Assembly: GCF_021869535.1 (NCBI RefSeq) | Contig: NW_026262734.1 | Location: 40,088,487 to 40,152,486 of the forward strand | From: Mytilus californianus | Lineage: Eukaryota | Length of the DNA stretch: 64,000 nucleotides | Reading direction: 5' to 3' | In this document: one piece after another, positions 10,442 to 23,879 of the stretch | Position numbering within the stretch: the first letter of the stretch is position 1 | Layout: each line of letters starts with the position of its first letter | Notes under the pieces: generated by a model | What the model saw: the letters and a program-made list of their open reading frames with translations, nothing else | What the model was told of the DNA's origin: nothing | Databases searched by the model: none | Position numbers and translations under genes: made by a program

Positions 10442-11986
10442 CAGAGCTCCAGATAAGCTGCGTATTTGCGTGATCACGCAATACAAATAATTAAAAACCC
10501 AATGCATTTGCCCATTGCAGGGTTCAATAACCCAATTAATTCAAAGGAAAACCCAATAATATGCCAAAACCATGAGTTCTTAACTCTTTTATTCGCTATC
10601 GTTTGCGTTATTTACCCTTATCTGACTACAGTCGTCGCGTAAATCTATTTTTATAATATTTATAATTGGAAATGTCCTTTCGTTCTTTTAAAATAGAGCC
10701 CTGCATCAAGTAGCTGTAATGGGTCCCTGTTGGAATTTTCCGTTGCTCAAAAGGTACACGTGTTTATGAAAACATTTCGATCTGCTCGGCGTTTATCCAA
10801 TTAGCGTGTGACATGCTGTCAAATTTTTCGAATTGCTCGGGATTTATCATAACATACAATGAATTAAAACGAAAGTAAATGTCCGATAAAAATATTGAAT
10901 AGAAGCATGTTTTCGGCTTCTTTTTGATAGCTGAGGGAAAGTTATGATGATAACAAGACTCAGCTAGTGATTTTAGGAAGCGTCCATTGAACGCACGGGC
11001 GTGCTTGCGTACCTTAACGAGAACATTGCTATAGAACGATAAACACGGGGTTTCGTCAAAAACGAAATCAGTTGGAAAGCATCGGAAACCAAAAGTTCTG
11101 ATAAGGGACAACTTAACCCAGATATATGTAAATTGAATTAAACAAAAACAGTTTATATATTATTTTTTTCACTTAAGTTGATAAAGGAATACACATATCC
11201 GTTTTTTACGTCAAATTATGCATCTTGACACTTTCTTTGTTTTGGTCTAATTGTTCTGGATGCTTAAGATAGTTGTCTTATTGGCAAGTGCAGTATAACA
11301 TTGTCATTTATTTACTTGATGTTGCAGAATTATTTGTAAATTTGTAAAATGTGGTCTCCATCATTAAACCACCCTATAAATCTCAAGGTTTTGGGGTATA
11401 TCTTAAATCTGGGAACTACTTTTTATTTTTTATTAAAAAGTATATCTGGCAAATAGGTGAAAGGACTTGCAAAACTTTCTTACAACACCTAAATTTCACA
11501 TATATTACATAAAAATCTAAACACTTAGTAACACCTATCCCAACTATAAACTGTAGGGTGATCATATGGGATCTAGAAAGGCAGTTAGTTACTGTCCAAC
11601 TAGTAACACCAGCTGCAGTTTACATAAGTTTTGAGAAAATACAAAACTGACAGAACGTTTAAAACGGGACACAAATTAAACGTACAATTGCTCGTCAGTG
11701 AATAAACCAAATAAAACAGCTAAGCACATATACAAAGAAAGAAACACATTTAAGATGGAAACACATCTGGGGTTGATATAATGTGATTATAACATGCCTA
11801 AATATTTAATATTGTGTTGATGAAAAAACCCAATACATTAAGGAGCTTGGTGGTGAAAAACCCAATTTGATATTTGCTTGAGGGGTGAATTGGAATTGAT
11901 AATGCAATTAAAAAACTTTATCACCCAATTACATAAAAAAATGGTGGGTAAAAACCCCAATTTGTGAATTCTTATCTGGAGCTCTG
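10442..11986. mobile_element. Non-autonomous DNA transposon with perfect 16-bp TIRs (CAGAGCTCCAGATAAG), subterminal AAACCCAAT repeats and 6-bp flanking direct repeat GTAATG
   Basis: TIRs lie at 10442-10457 and 11971-11986. GTAATG lies at 10436-10441 and 11987-11992. The internal 115-aa ORF (10764-11111, minus) has no recognisable transposase features. The TIR start CAGAG fits the hAT YARNG pattern, but hAT TSDs are 8 bp, so the superfamily is unresolved. Confidence 0.7.
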
Positions 11987-14900
11987 GTAATGTTTCTCTT
12001 TTAATGATATAAATGTATTTAAATGAAGGTTTCCAACTTAGCCGTTTAAATGTTTTATTTATTTCCTATTTATTTGTTCTGAAGCAACGACACGTCATTT
12101 TCAATGGGCTTTCAATATAGCTGGTCTCGGAGGTTTATACTGGTACTCGGCCGTTATTTGACAAGTATTTGTATATTTCGAAGGCATACTTAATATTTTA
12201 CGGAGGGAACCAACCTAGCGAAGGTTATACTAGATGCAGGTGTCATTCTCACTGTACGTACATTTCTTTTTCAATATAATGGTCCAAGGACACAGTTATC
12301 GTCCTCTACAAATATAGTCCCTAGTATGAACAGTGTATAACTTGCTTTTTTTTTTTGATACACTTTCCCATTTTATTTCTTGATATTTTATGCATGAAAT
12401 ATTAAGTAAGGGGATGAAATTACATGTTAAAAAAAATTGGGTGCTGAATCTTTATGTTAAGTAGTGATTTGGTCCAGTTAAAAAAGGTCAAAAATTAGAA
12501 TGTCTGAAGCTGTCAAACTGAATTTTAGCCCCCCTTAACACAGAATTGTCAATATTTTGAGTTAGAGCTGGTAGAAGTTTCTATAATTTTGATATTTTTT
12601 GTATCAATAGTAGTACACTACACTGTAAATATCTTTTTGAGATAGAGCAGGTGCGATTTTTTTAATTTGTATTTATTGTCTAAAAGAAATGCACTACGAA
12701 ATAACTGTGTTCTCGGGCCTAATACCTCCTTGACTATCGATGTAATTGCTTGATGAAACAATCCTCCATGTAGACAGTGATTCTTATGTATGACTGTAAA
12801 TAGTCAATTTATTAACAATGTGATGTTTTAAACCCGTTTCATTTCTCAGCCTGGCAAAGTTGACGATATATCTTTTTTTCTGTTTTTGTTTTGAAACTCC
12901 AAATCGCTAGTTGTAGTTGGATTCCGTAACCGCGGCGGTTTGGTACCGAGTCTACCTGATTGTCTATTTCAGAAATACGTAGCATGCACAATGAACTTGT
13001 ATAGTACAAATATTTTGTAGTTTTGTCCTTTAACAAGTTGAAAACAATTACTTAAATGAGTTATAACAACCTGTTTTGGACAGATTAGCCCAAATTGGTT
13101 ATAAATCTTTAGTGCAAACAATCTTATTTTTTTTATTTCAGCGAACATATTCTAAAGGATCATTTGTTCAGACCATCTGTGTCAGTTTTTTCAAGACACT
13201 GAACAAGTTCCTAGTTTGATCCCCCTGAAACCGTCCATCAAACAATGGATTAACCCCCTGAAATCATTCATCTACCAATGGATCAATATCATTAACCGGT
13301 ATCCCGAAAAGTTGTTAACTTTATATTATCATTTGCACTTTGTAACATTTTCCCTAAAATCAACAATTAAGATTGTATGTACAGTAAATTCACATCCCAT
13401 TTGTATTCATTAATTGTTGTTTGTTTACCGTCCAGTGGCAAATATTTAATGCATGTTCAGGACGAGATCCCATTTAAATGATGTAATTAAAATAGATATT
13501 TGCTATATTGAAGGTGTATTGAAAAGTCCCACTGTTACATGGGCATTGGTTGGACGGTTGACGGAAATAATGAAATAAACTATATAGTTGAATAAGGAAG
13601 GCATTTTTTAAAACCTTTTAGTTAATGTCTTCTTCCATATACATTCAACTTTCTGAATATACTGGCAAATTGGTTCTGCATGGTTAATAAAAACAGGATA
13701 AAATGTGAGATTTTCGATAAGAAAAAAATTATTGCACAACACAAAATGTCCTCTCATATTGTGTGTCAAAACATGTTAATTGAATACCATTAAAATAATA
13801 ATTACGAAGCAAACTTTAAGTAATCAAGACTCGTCGCATTTCTAACATAATATACGGTTTATTAATATGTATTAAAACTTGAGTAATTCTTGACCTGCAG
13901 TTATTATGTTTATAATATTCAGATATGACTTACCTTACTTTAATTTACAGCCTAAAACTTAAAAACAAGATCTAAATATAGGAGTGACCGACAATTTTCC
14001 TACCTGGATAAAAAAAAATGCTGACGGTATTGGCTTTTACCCTAAGTTGTCTGGATACAAGCCAAACAATTAAATCAATATAAATGTATGAATATACGTG
14101 TATTTAATCATTCAGGTGTTTGTTTACATTTGAATTACTTTCAAATTTTACATTTTTCACATTGTTATAACGAGGAAGTTATGTTGCTTCCGCATCGATT
14201 TCAGAGATACATCGCACGCACCTCTTTAACATAAAAGAAATGTAAATAATAGCAAGTAATAAGAGAATATATTGTGTTTACCCTTATTTAGACCGACACG
14301 TGTACCCTTTCATGTTCAGGCATGATGGAACTGGTGTTTCAAAGTTCAATTCGTTAACATCTACATGATTTAAATGCAAAACTTTTTTCAATTACTTTTT
14401 GCTTATATCTTATACTCTGTACATGTCAAACAACCCCACCCATTGGTCACCACCCTGTGATATTATGATAGTACCCAACAACACCATAAAATGTCGATAC
14501 ACGTTTTGTTTTATACAGGTTTACGGAAGAAAAAATCACAGTGAACATGTACATAACACTCTTAATACACTATATATTGGTATTATTTCGATCAAGTGGT
14601 GTGCCAATCTTCACTGAATATTATATCTATTATTGCTGGGTTATTTCTCGTATAACGCATATAACATTTACATATTTAATCAATAAGATTATGAAATAAT
14701 TAGCAAATAATAACGTTGAATTTTAAACAGTTATTAAACCTTACCTTTCCAATGAGCAGCTGCACGAAGAATAAAGTCAAATTAAATGTTGACTGAGTCC
14801 AGATGATTTGTGGTGGTGCAATGGAAAGAAATAGAGTAAAGGCTAAAAATAGAAACTGGGGATTTCACAACCACATGCAAATATACGTCACAACGTTATA

Positions 14901-16155
14901 CATATAGACAATTTTGTTTATGTTAGAATTGCCAGGGTAGTATTATTTAGTGCTTCTTCGTCGCATGCAGAATGAGAGACATCATAGTGATTACTTGGGG
15001 CCTCATTACTATAATATCCAGCGACGCCGTCTACGGCGTAAACTATTTATTTGTTTAAAGCTAAATATATCGTAGGTACTTCGGGACATCACATTTTTTT
15101 TTAGCCCTCTCCCTTTTTTTTCCAAAATCCGTTATTTTTTTAGTTTTCTGTTAATTTCAATTATTTTTCTTTATATAATATATCAGTGACCGCTGTGGAT
15201 AGTAAACTTGGAATTGATAGAAAATAGCAAATACAAGTTGTTTCTAGTATATTTATGTTTCATATAATACAGAAAAACGCGAAAAAATTAAAAATTAACA
15301 GGAAAAAAAAATAACGGATTTTGGAAAATAGATGGACGACTGAAAAAAAATTGTGCTGTCCCCAAGTACCTATAAAATATATTTCAGAAGGTAGAAGACC
15401 TGGGCGTGTTTTTTGTTCTTCCTTATTGAGCCAGAAGATGTCCGTTTCTGTTTTTTTGCATTTGGAAGATTTTCTGTCTCTCTTCTTCCTTTTAGATATT
15501 TGATATACTGAGGAGGGGAGGTGACAGGAGGAGTTTTTACATATTGACCCATTCATTTTAATCTGTCGCTATGCATGTTTATATTTTTCAGCTCCAGCAT
15601 ATTCATTTTCAAAATCCTTCTGCTCCTGCCCCCGATTTGTTAGCTAAACTAAGTAAGAAAGACTTAACAAAAAATGTCATGAACACAGCGCTTTTTTTCC
15701 CAAACAATTTTCTTTGTTTTTACACTTGCATCAATGCCAAAAACAGAGCACACTGTTACAGGCGTGCCATTCGAGTGAGACGACGTAACTGAATTTTTCT
15801 AATAAATCATCGTAAACTTCAGTTATGTCATCCAACATAAAAACAAAAATCTGCTATATTCGACACCAACAGTGTTAAAAGTGGCGTTAAACACCAATCA
15901 ATCAATCGATCAATGGATATAAGGATATAATTTAAGAACATATAGAAGATTCCTTTAGCCTATATGACCCTGCTCAGTCGCTCTGTAATTCTCATATGAC
16001 GGCTTTGAGACCTGAGCAGGCATTATCAGCGACGTCATAATGTCGGAGGTGAAGTTATCAGCAACGTCACAGTATGTGAGGAGACGTTATCAAGAGAGGA
16101 TATAAGACCAGTAATAGAACGACAAACAGATTATCGGGGTTTTCTAAGTATAGAT

Positions 16156-19100
16156 ATCGTAGATAATCAGCCGCTAGACACAATGTGAAGCTCACTTCGA
16201 ACTTGTACTTGTAATGAGCAACATGATTGTTGCCACATGTGGAGCAGGTTCTGCTAACCCTTCCACGGAAAAATCGGACTGTCCCTCGTTTTTCGGTGGG
16301 GCTCGAGCAATTACTTTTTTACATAGTGCTTTGGGCTAGCTGTCGTTTGTCTTTTGTTGTTTTATCGTTTAATTTTTTTGCCATGGTTATTGTCAGTTTG
16401 TCTTCAACTTACGAGTTTTTAATATCCTTTTGGTACTTTCAGTTTCATTTTTTTTTGTATCAGTTTCCTTAAAAATCATTACTTTGTTCAATATTATGAT
16501 GATGCCAAAGAAAATCGTTGAAACGTCAAAGTAAGTGGTTAAGCTAGTTAAGAATACGAGGCTGGGATACAAGGCAGTGGTGGGTCCATTGGGGTCTGAT
16601 CCTTACTTATCTCCTCAGATTTGTTTTAAAATTATATGAGAAGTTTAGCTTCGAACTCCCTTTCTTATGTTTTTAAGGCTTTATGATTGGCTGGGGTATT
16701 GAAATATGGACACTGATGGGTTTTGTCCAAATTCAGCAGTAAAACGCACACTAAAGAGGGACGTATATTTTTGTATTTGCGGTATCTTATATAAATGCAA
16801 AGCTAAGTCCGTCGGGTCGGAGAACAATTTGTATGCTACATGCCCTCATTTTTCCCGTGGCAGTTAAAATTGCCACCATTCATTCCAGTAAACCCACTTT
16901 GCAGAACCTACATATTAGATTTAGTCTTAATTTATTCTCGTCTTGATTATAGATGAACTATTTGTAACTGTTTGTTAGGCATCAACAACCTAATAATCAA
17001 TAAGGTTTTACTAAGACACTTCTCGTAAATGGAAGAGGGTTCCCTTCATTTCTGAATTTTTTCAGTTTTTAGGTAATTTTTCTCAATTCTATATGTTTTG
17101 TCACCCTATTATTCTCTATTCTTTATATTTTGGCACCCAATTATTCTCTATTCCAGTTTAATTTTTGTCCAATTTTTCTCTATTCTTTAATTTTTTGTCC
17201 AATTTTTCTCTATTCTTTAATTTTTTGTCCAATTTTTCTCGATTGTTTAATTTTGGGCTCATTTTTCTGTAGATTTGGCCAATTTTTCTCCATTCTGTAA
17301 ACCCCACTAAACCCTCCATCATCATTTTCATGTTTTAAATTGTATAACTCAACTCCTGTGTAATTTGGACAATCTCTGTTAATTACAGATTATTTGTTTT
17401 TATTGCTGTAATTACTCAATATATCCAACCCATTCCTCCAAACCTCCAGAACAGGTTCCTTTAAATTCTGATCTTTTTCTGGGTCAATTTTATATTATCA
17501 GATATACTCTGTTTCTTGTCTGTTTATTTTTTGTTTATATTGGCATTGATGAAGAATGTGAAAGAGAGTCGAAAGATACCCAAGAGACATTCAAACTCAT
17601 AAGTTGAATACAAAACTGACAATGTCACGGCAAAAAACGAATAACAACGAAAAGACAAACAAATGTACACAAAACACAACATAGAAAACTAAAGACTGGA
17701 GCAACACGAACCCCACCAAAAACCGGGGGTCTCAGGTACGCTTTGACCAATGGTGAAAGACTTTATAAATTTACGCAGTTCAACTTGCTGATATAACGGT
17801 TCTAAAGAATGTATAAAAAAAATACCGAACTCCTAGGTTAAAAGGGGGACTTCCATAAAACCTAAGAAAACAAAACGATCGACTATATCAACCAACGGTA
17901 CAAGTTCTATTATTTAAAAAAAAAGAGTGAATTATGGATTACGTAAATCAATCAATACATTCCGTAATCACAGTGGTTTAATTTCGGTAACTTAATAGTT
18001 GATCGTTATGGAATATCTGTTTCACAGATGACGACGGATATGTTTCATCGGTTGTAACCACAACATACACAATCCAGTCCTCTTTTCCTCGAAAGAGACC
18101 TACCGAATTACACTTATCACTGGGTTTGTACTAACATGAGCAACACGACGGGTGCCACATGTGGAGCAGGATCTGCTTACCCTTCCGGAGCACCTGATAT
18201 TTATCAACCAACGGTACAAGTTCAAATATTAAAAAAAAGAGTGAATTATGGATTACGGAAATCATTCAATACAATCGGTAATCACAATGGTTCAATTTCG
18301 GTAACCAAATAGTTGAGCGTTATGGAATATCCGTTTCACAGATGGCGACGGATATGTTTCATCTGTTGTAACCAAAATCCCGTCCTCTTTGCCTCGAATG
18401 TGACCTACCGAATTATACTTATCATCGGGTTTGTACTAACTTGAGCAACACGAAGATCAACTTACCCTTCCGGAGCACCTGAGACCCCGGTTTTTGGTGG
18501 GGTTCGTGTTGCTCAGTCTTTAGTTTTCTATGTTGTGTTTTGTGTACATTTGTTTGTCTTTTCGTTGTTTTTCGTTTTTTGCCATGGCATTGACAGTTTT
18601 GTATTCAACTCATGAGTTTGAATGTCTCTTGGGTATCTTTCGCCTCTCTTTCACATTCTTTATAAATGCCAATATAAACAGAAAACAGACAGACAAGAAA
18701 CAGAGTATATCTGATAATTTAAAATTGACCCAGATAAAGATCAGAATTTAAAAGAACCTGTTCTGGAGGTTTGGAGGAAGGGGTTGGGTATATTAGTTGA
18801 GTAATTACAGCAATAGGAACAAATAATCTGTAATTAACACAGATTGTTCAAATTAAGCAGGAGTTGAGTTATACAATTTTAAACATGAAAACGATGATAG
18901 AGGGTCTAGTGGGGTTTACAGAATAGAGAATAATTCTACCAAAGCCAAATCTACAGAAAAATGAGCCCAAAATTAAACAATCGAGAAAAATTGGACAAAA
19001 AAATAAAGAATAGAGAATAATTGGGTGCCAAAATATAAAGAATAGAGAATAATGGGTAGCCAAAATATAGAGAATTGAGAAAAATGACCTAAATATTTAC

Positions 19101-19996
19101 AGAATTCTGAAATGAAGGATCCCTCTTCCATTCGAGTGTCTTAGAAAAACCTTATTGATTATTAGATTGTTGATGCCTAACAAACAGTTACAAATAGTTC
19201 ATCTATAATCAAGACGAGAACAAATTAAGACTAAGTCTAATGTGTAGGTTCGACAAAGTGGGTTTACTGGAATGAATGGTGGCAATTTTGACTGCCACGG
19301 GAAAAATGAGGGCATGTAGCATACCAATTCTTCTCCGACCCGACGGACGTGGCTTTGCATTTATATAAGATACCGCAAATACAAAAATATACGTCCCCCT
19401 TTAGTGTGCGTTTTACTGCTGAATTTGGACAAAACCCATTAGTGTCCATATTTCAATACCCTAGCCAATCATAAAGCCTTAAAAACATAAAAAAGGGAGT
19501 TCGAAGCTAAACTTCTCAAATAATTTTAAAACAAATCTTAGGAGATAAGTAAGGATCAGACCCCAATGGACCCACCACTGCCTTGTATCCCAGCCTCGTA
19601 TTCTTAACTAGCTTAACCACTTACTTTGACGTTTCAACGATTTTCTTTGGCATCATCATAATATTGAACAAAGTAATGATTTTTAAGGAAACTGATACAA
19701 AAAAAAAATGAAACAGAAAGTACCAAAAGGATATTAAAAACTTGTAAGTTGAAGACAAACTGACAATAACCATGGCAAAAAAATTAAACGATAAAACAAC
19801 AAAAGACAAACGACAGCTAGCCCAAAGCACTATGTAAAAAAGTAATTGCTCGAGCCCCACCGAAAAACGAGGGACAGTCCGATTTTTCCGTGGAAGGGTT
19901 AGCAGAACCTGCTCCACATGTGGCAACAATCATGTTGCTCATTACAAGTACAAGTTCGAAGTGAGCTTCACATTGTGTCTAGCGGCTGATAATCTA
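16156..19996. mobile_element. Foldback-type element: ~1.58 kb inverted arms (16156-17736 and 18479-19996) around a ~740-bp core carrying a ~300-bp tandem duplication
   Basis: Arms are reverse complements, e.g. the 81-aa ORF at 16227 (+) and the 102-aa ORF at 19621 (-) are identical. Termini are CGTAGAT(A/T)ATCAGCCGCTAGACACAATGTGAAGC. The subterminal motif TGAGCAACA..GCCACATGTGGAGCAGG.TCTGCT.ACCCTTCC recurs four times. No transposase ORF is present. Confidence 0.8.
17100..17290. repeat. ~32-bp minisatellite (TTTTGTCCAATTTTTCTCTATTCTTTAATTTT) x5 inside the foldback arm (mirror copy at 18900-19090)
   Basis: Direct reading. Part of the GGGTCTGGATGG-TIR MITE family. Confidence 0.8.
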
Positions 19997-21614
19997 CGTT
20001 ACATGCCTTCATCAATAAACTGACCGACTCGATTGTAGGAATTAATCCTTTTGGGACCATACATTGTATGTATAGCAGATGGATAACTCCATAAATTTAA
20101 ACAAAACTCAAATTGTCAAACAACCTCTGTGATTACGGACATTATTTCATATACATACAAAGATTTTAAACGTGTAGAAAGACATATACTCATTTGATTT
20201 TTAACAAATGATGTAGGTTTTTTTTTTAATGTTCAGTTTTGTATACAGCTGTCATTACTTAATCGATTAAGCAGCAAGCGTTCATGTATTCATTTACTTA
20301 GTCATAACAATATTGTATTTCAACGCTCTAACATTTTGATTGTCTCCGAGAACAGGTAATTCAATTATATATTCTTTATATTGTATTTATTCTTGAGATA
20401 ACTTCTCTGATGTGTGCTACATGTAAATCAGTCTTTCAATTTACGGCTGTTTGTGTAATTTTAATAAGAAGCACACCACCTATTTTTGGCCCCCATTGCT
20501 TTCTTCATTAAATTTTTTTACTTTCAAAAATTAAAGGGAAACGGTCAATTTACCGTTATTTACACATCAGACCGTACCGAAACTTTGGATACACCAAACC
20601 AGCTGGTACTTCATATCTGAGAAACAGGCAATGTACATTTTTGTATAATTAAAAAATATCAGTCAAATGGTGTTCTACAAAAATGTATTCTTCATGGTTT
20701 GATATTTACACCTATGCGTAGGAACTATTTTGTTTTAAATATGTACGACTGTTGGTATGTTCTTTTTGACCGGGCCCGAGTTGGTGGTGTAACAGCTTAC
20801 CAAGGAGGTTATAAGACTCCTTGGTCTTACGTAGTCTAGACGAATTATTTTCCATATACATACTGTATTTCCTGCTAATAAGTTATCTAACATATATCGC
20901 GATGTGCCCCGTGGTTGTCTAAATGTTTGTTTTGTTGCTGCAGTCGCATTCTTCAGTGTGATTGTCAGGCTAAATTACAATACATGTTTGATTTCTTTGC
21001 CTGATTTATTTATTGACATTACTCCATGGTTTTGTTCTTCAATTCACAGTTATGGCATGATCGTCAGTTTGCAAAGAACTCCGCTCAAACCGGTGCTAGG
21101 GGCCGTCTTAAACTTGCAGTGAGGTGAGAGTTTTTTGGCTCCTTGTTGAAAAACTCACTGTGACTTTGAGATGTTTCTTTGCTTTTTGTGTTTTTCAAGT
21201 ATTGCGCACATACTGATTTTTTGTCATGGATGGATCCCCTATATTTTTTCTTTTTTATTATGTAGTTTAATTCAGGACATCATAATCTTTTATTAGACCT
21301 TATTTATCCTTTAATGAACAAACATCTAAAATAAAAGCAGCGGTTCCATATTAAACATACCCTTTTTACATGATTGTTGAAAGTTTTGTAAATGAAAAAA
21401 AGGTGATGCATATGTTTAAAAGGTACATTGGACAACTTCTTCCTTTTGACTACGTGTATAAATAAGTACTTTCAAACCGCGCTGAAGTACGTTCACTATT
21501 CACTTTTCGCTATTCAAAATTCATGAAAAGTGAACTGGTTTTTTTTTGCACTTTTCACTATTCAAGTTTATTCAAATTGAATAACTTTAATATCTACTTG
21601 CATATATACAAATT

Positions 21615-21995
21615 AAAAAAAAATGTGGTATGATTGCCAATGAGACAACTCTCTACAAGAGACCAAATGGCACAGACATTAACAGCTACAGGTCACCGTA
21701 CGGCCTTCAACAATGTGCAAAGCCCGTACCGCATAGTCAGCTATTAAAGGCACAGAAATCACAAATGAAAAAAGAATTCAAACGAGAAAACTAACGGCCT
21801 AATTATTGTACAAAAAAAAAGCAAAAAAATAATATGTAACACTCCAAAAAACGACAATGACTTGGGACAGGCACATACATACAGAATGTGGCGGGGTAAC
21901 CATGTTAGCGGGATCCCAACCCTCCCCTAACCTGGGACAGTGGTATAACAGTACAACATAAGAACCAACTCTAATCAAAGTACTGAAGTACTGAA
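21615..21995 (+). mobile_element. SINE/MITE-like interspersed element (~380 bp), family copy 1
   Basis: Shares the head TGTGGTATGATTGCCAATGAGACAAC and the tail GACTTGGGACAGGCACAT...ATGTGGCGGGGT(A/T)AAC...CCTGGGACAGTGGTATAACAG with copies at 29540-29905 (-), 47380-47720 (+), 48040-48320 (-), 49185-49570 (+), 52230-52560 (+) and 53290-53640 (+). Partial copies lie at 56640-56780 (-), 57205-57330 (+) and 63300-63365 (-). Confidence 0.7.
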
Positions 21996-22870
21996 CATCG
22001 GATGACCGCAAGTTCTTGTGGATGGTCACAAGCACTTGTTTCAGATAAAAAATCACATCTCTATACCTGAAAGTGAGGTTAATGTACAGAGATATATTTT
22101 TTTCTGAGACAAGTTCGTGTGTGGATGATGAATACATGACAGGGAATTCAATTATGTAATATATGTTGTTAATTTTGCCATAGCATGTTTATGCTTTTGC
22201 AATAAAGATTCATTCATTCATTCATTCATTCATTCAACCTCACCGTAATAACTATTATATTGTAGCAGGTATATCTTAATATCTAGTATATATGTGTCTG
22301 ATTGTAGTGATACAAATCAGTATACTCTGGTTTACATTATATATTATATATTGTTATATATTATATTATATTATATATATTATATTAATACTTGTATATA
22401 ACAGTTGCATGTATATTTCATTTTCATTCATTTGTATATTATTCTATTCTACTATTCTATTGCAAGTGCATTGTGGACACTCTTCTGTAATAATTCGATT
22501 TTTCTAATAGATTGGATTGAATAGGCATTCATATTTTTCCGCAAAATGTTCTTGAGATATTCTTCCGCATGCGTTAACACATTTCTTCTAAACGAGTGCA
22601 AAGATATTAATGATTTTTTACTTATACAATGTATATATATTTCTAACGACAAAACATTTTCATATTATTCATTTATGTTATAGAATAAAATATTTTTATA
22701 AGTAATCATTAAAGAAATAAATTTATAACAGGCGATAAGGAATGTTATTTTGCACTCGATAATGTCCGCGTATTTATAGATCGGTTACCAGTCAAAAGCG
22801 AAAGTTACGTAAGTAGAAATCTCTGTTGCAACAATATATCGGAATGCCCTCACGGTCATCGCGATGAAAA
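21960..22870 (+). repeat. Dispersed ~700-bp repeat (second copy at 41805-42480 inside intron 1 of the VWA-CBM gene); this copy is expanded by (ATTC)7 at 22211-22238 and (ATATT)-type microsatellites at 22320-22440
   Basis: The pair shares long blocks, e.g. AATCAAAGTACTGAAGTACTGAACATCGGATGACC.CAAGTTCTTG.GGATGGTCA.AAGCACTTGT.TCAGA... and ...GATTGGAT..GA.TAGGCATTCATATTTT.CCGCAA... Confidence 0.75.
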
Positions 22871-23879
22871 AATCAGTTGTAAAAGGCTTAACTCATCAAA
22901 TGGATACAAATAGAAATACATATAACAAAACATAGAGTGAACGTGGCCGGGTACTTGTACATCCCAACAACAAAAAGACACTTAGTGCAGATCTGAGTGT
23001 ACTCTCAATTACTGACAGCTAGTTCAAAGCAAGTAACAACTAATAAAAAAAATACATCTAAGACTAAATTTTCAATCAATGCACATCGAACATGGATTTA
23101 GTGTTAAGATCAGAGAAAAACATGACATTGTGCAATGCCAAGATACAGGAATCGACAGATTGTAGATCAATGGAATTTAATTTATTGATAAAAACAATAT
23201 TAATACCAATATATACAATATTCAAAGAATTAATGACAGCGTTGAATTGGTAACCTTTTAGAATAAGTTTATTTAAAGGATCGATAAGTTGGTTTGTTTT
23301 GTGTAATGAATTGCTATAATTCGATTAAAATACTATCAGCTTAAAACGTTGAGGCCTAGTATTATATAGTATTAAGGTATAAAGAGATAGCATATTTGTT
23401 AGGCCTATCCCTTTTATCTACAATTAATTATTTTTTTACGTAAAATTCCACTTGATCGTGCATCTCAAATCCACTTATGCATATCTAGAAGCTAACGGTA
23501 CAATTCTCGCACTTAGTTTGTTACATATATTTCTAGGGGGTGGGGTCCACTTTTATTCATAAAGCATTAAAGTGAGCATTCGTTTCCGGCATCATTTCTC
23601 TATCGGGATGTCCACACTAATTGAAATCCGCCGACTAAACGGTACACCTTGTGTCAGGGGAGGGCAAAAGACTTATTATGTCTCTAAGTGCCAATAATTC
23701 TTTTCAAAATCTCACTTTCCAATTAAAAATACTCACATATTTACACATTTATATATAAAAAACATAGAAAAATATGAAAAGGCTATAAGAGGTAATATAC
23801 ACAAGTAATGAAAGTTTCGTATTAAACTATGGGTGTTTTCCTCAAGAAAAATCTAATAATAGCACTACCAAATAAGATA

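Noticed and set aside
10764-11111. 115-aa ORF inside the TIR element as a transposase
   Set aside because: It is too short and has no DDE/HTH or hAT dimerisation features, so the element is treated as non-autonomous.
16227-19929. Identical 81/102-aa ORFs MLPHVEQVLLTLPRKNRTVPRFSVGLEQLL... on plus (16227) and minus (19621) strands
   Set aside because: They are mirror copies within the two arms of the foldback element. They are hydrophobic, low-complexity, lack a start context and have no homology signal.
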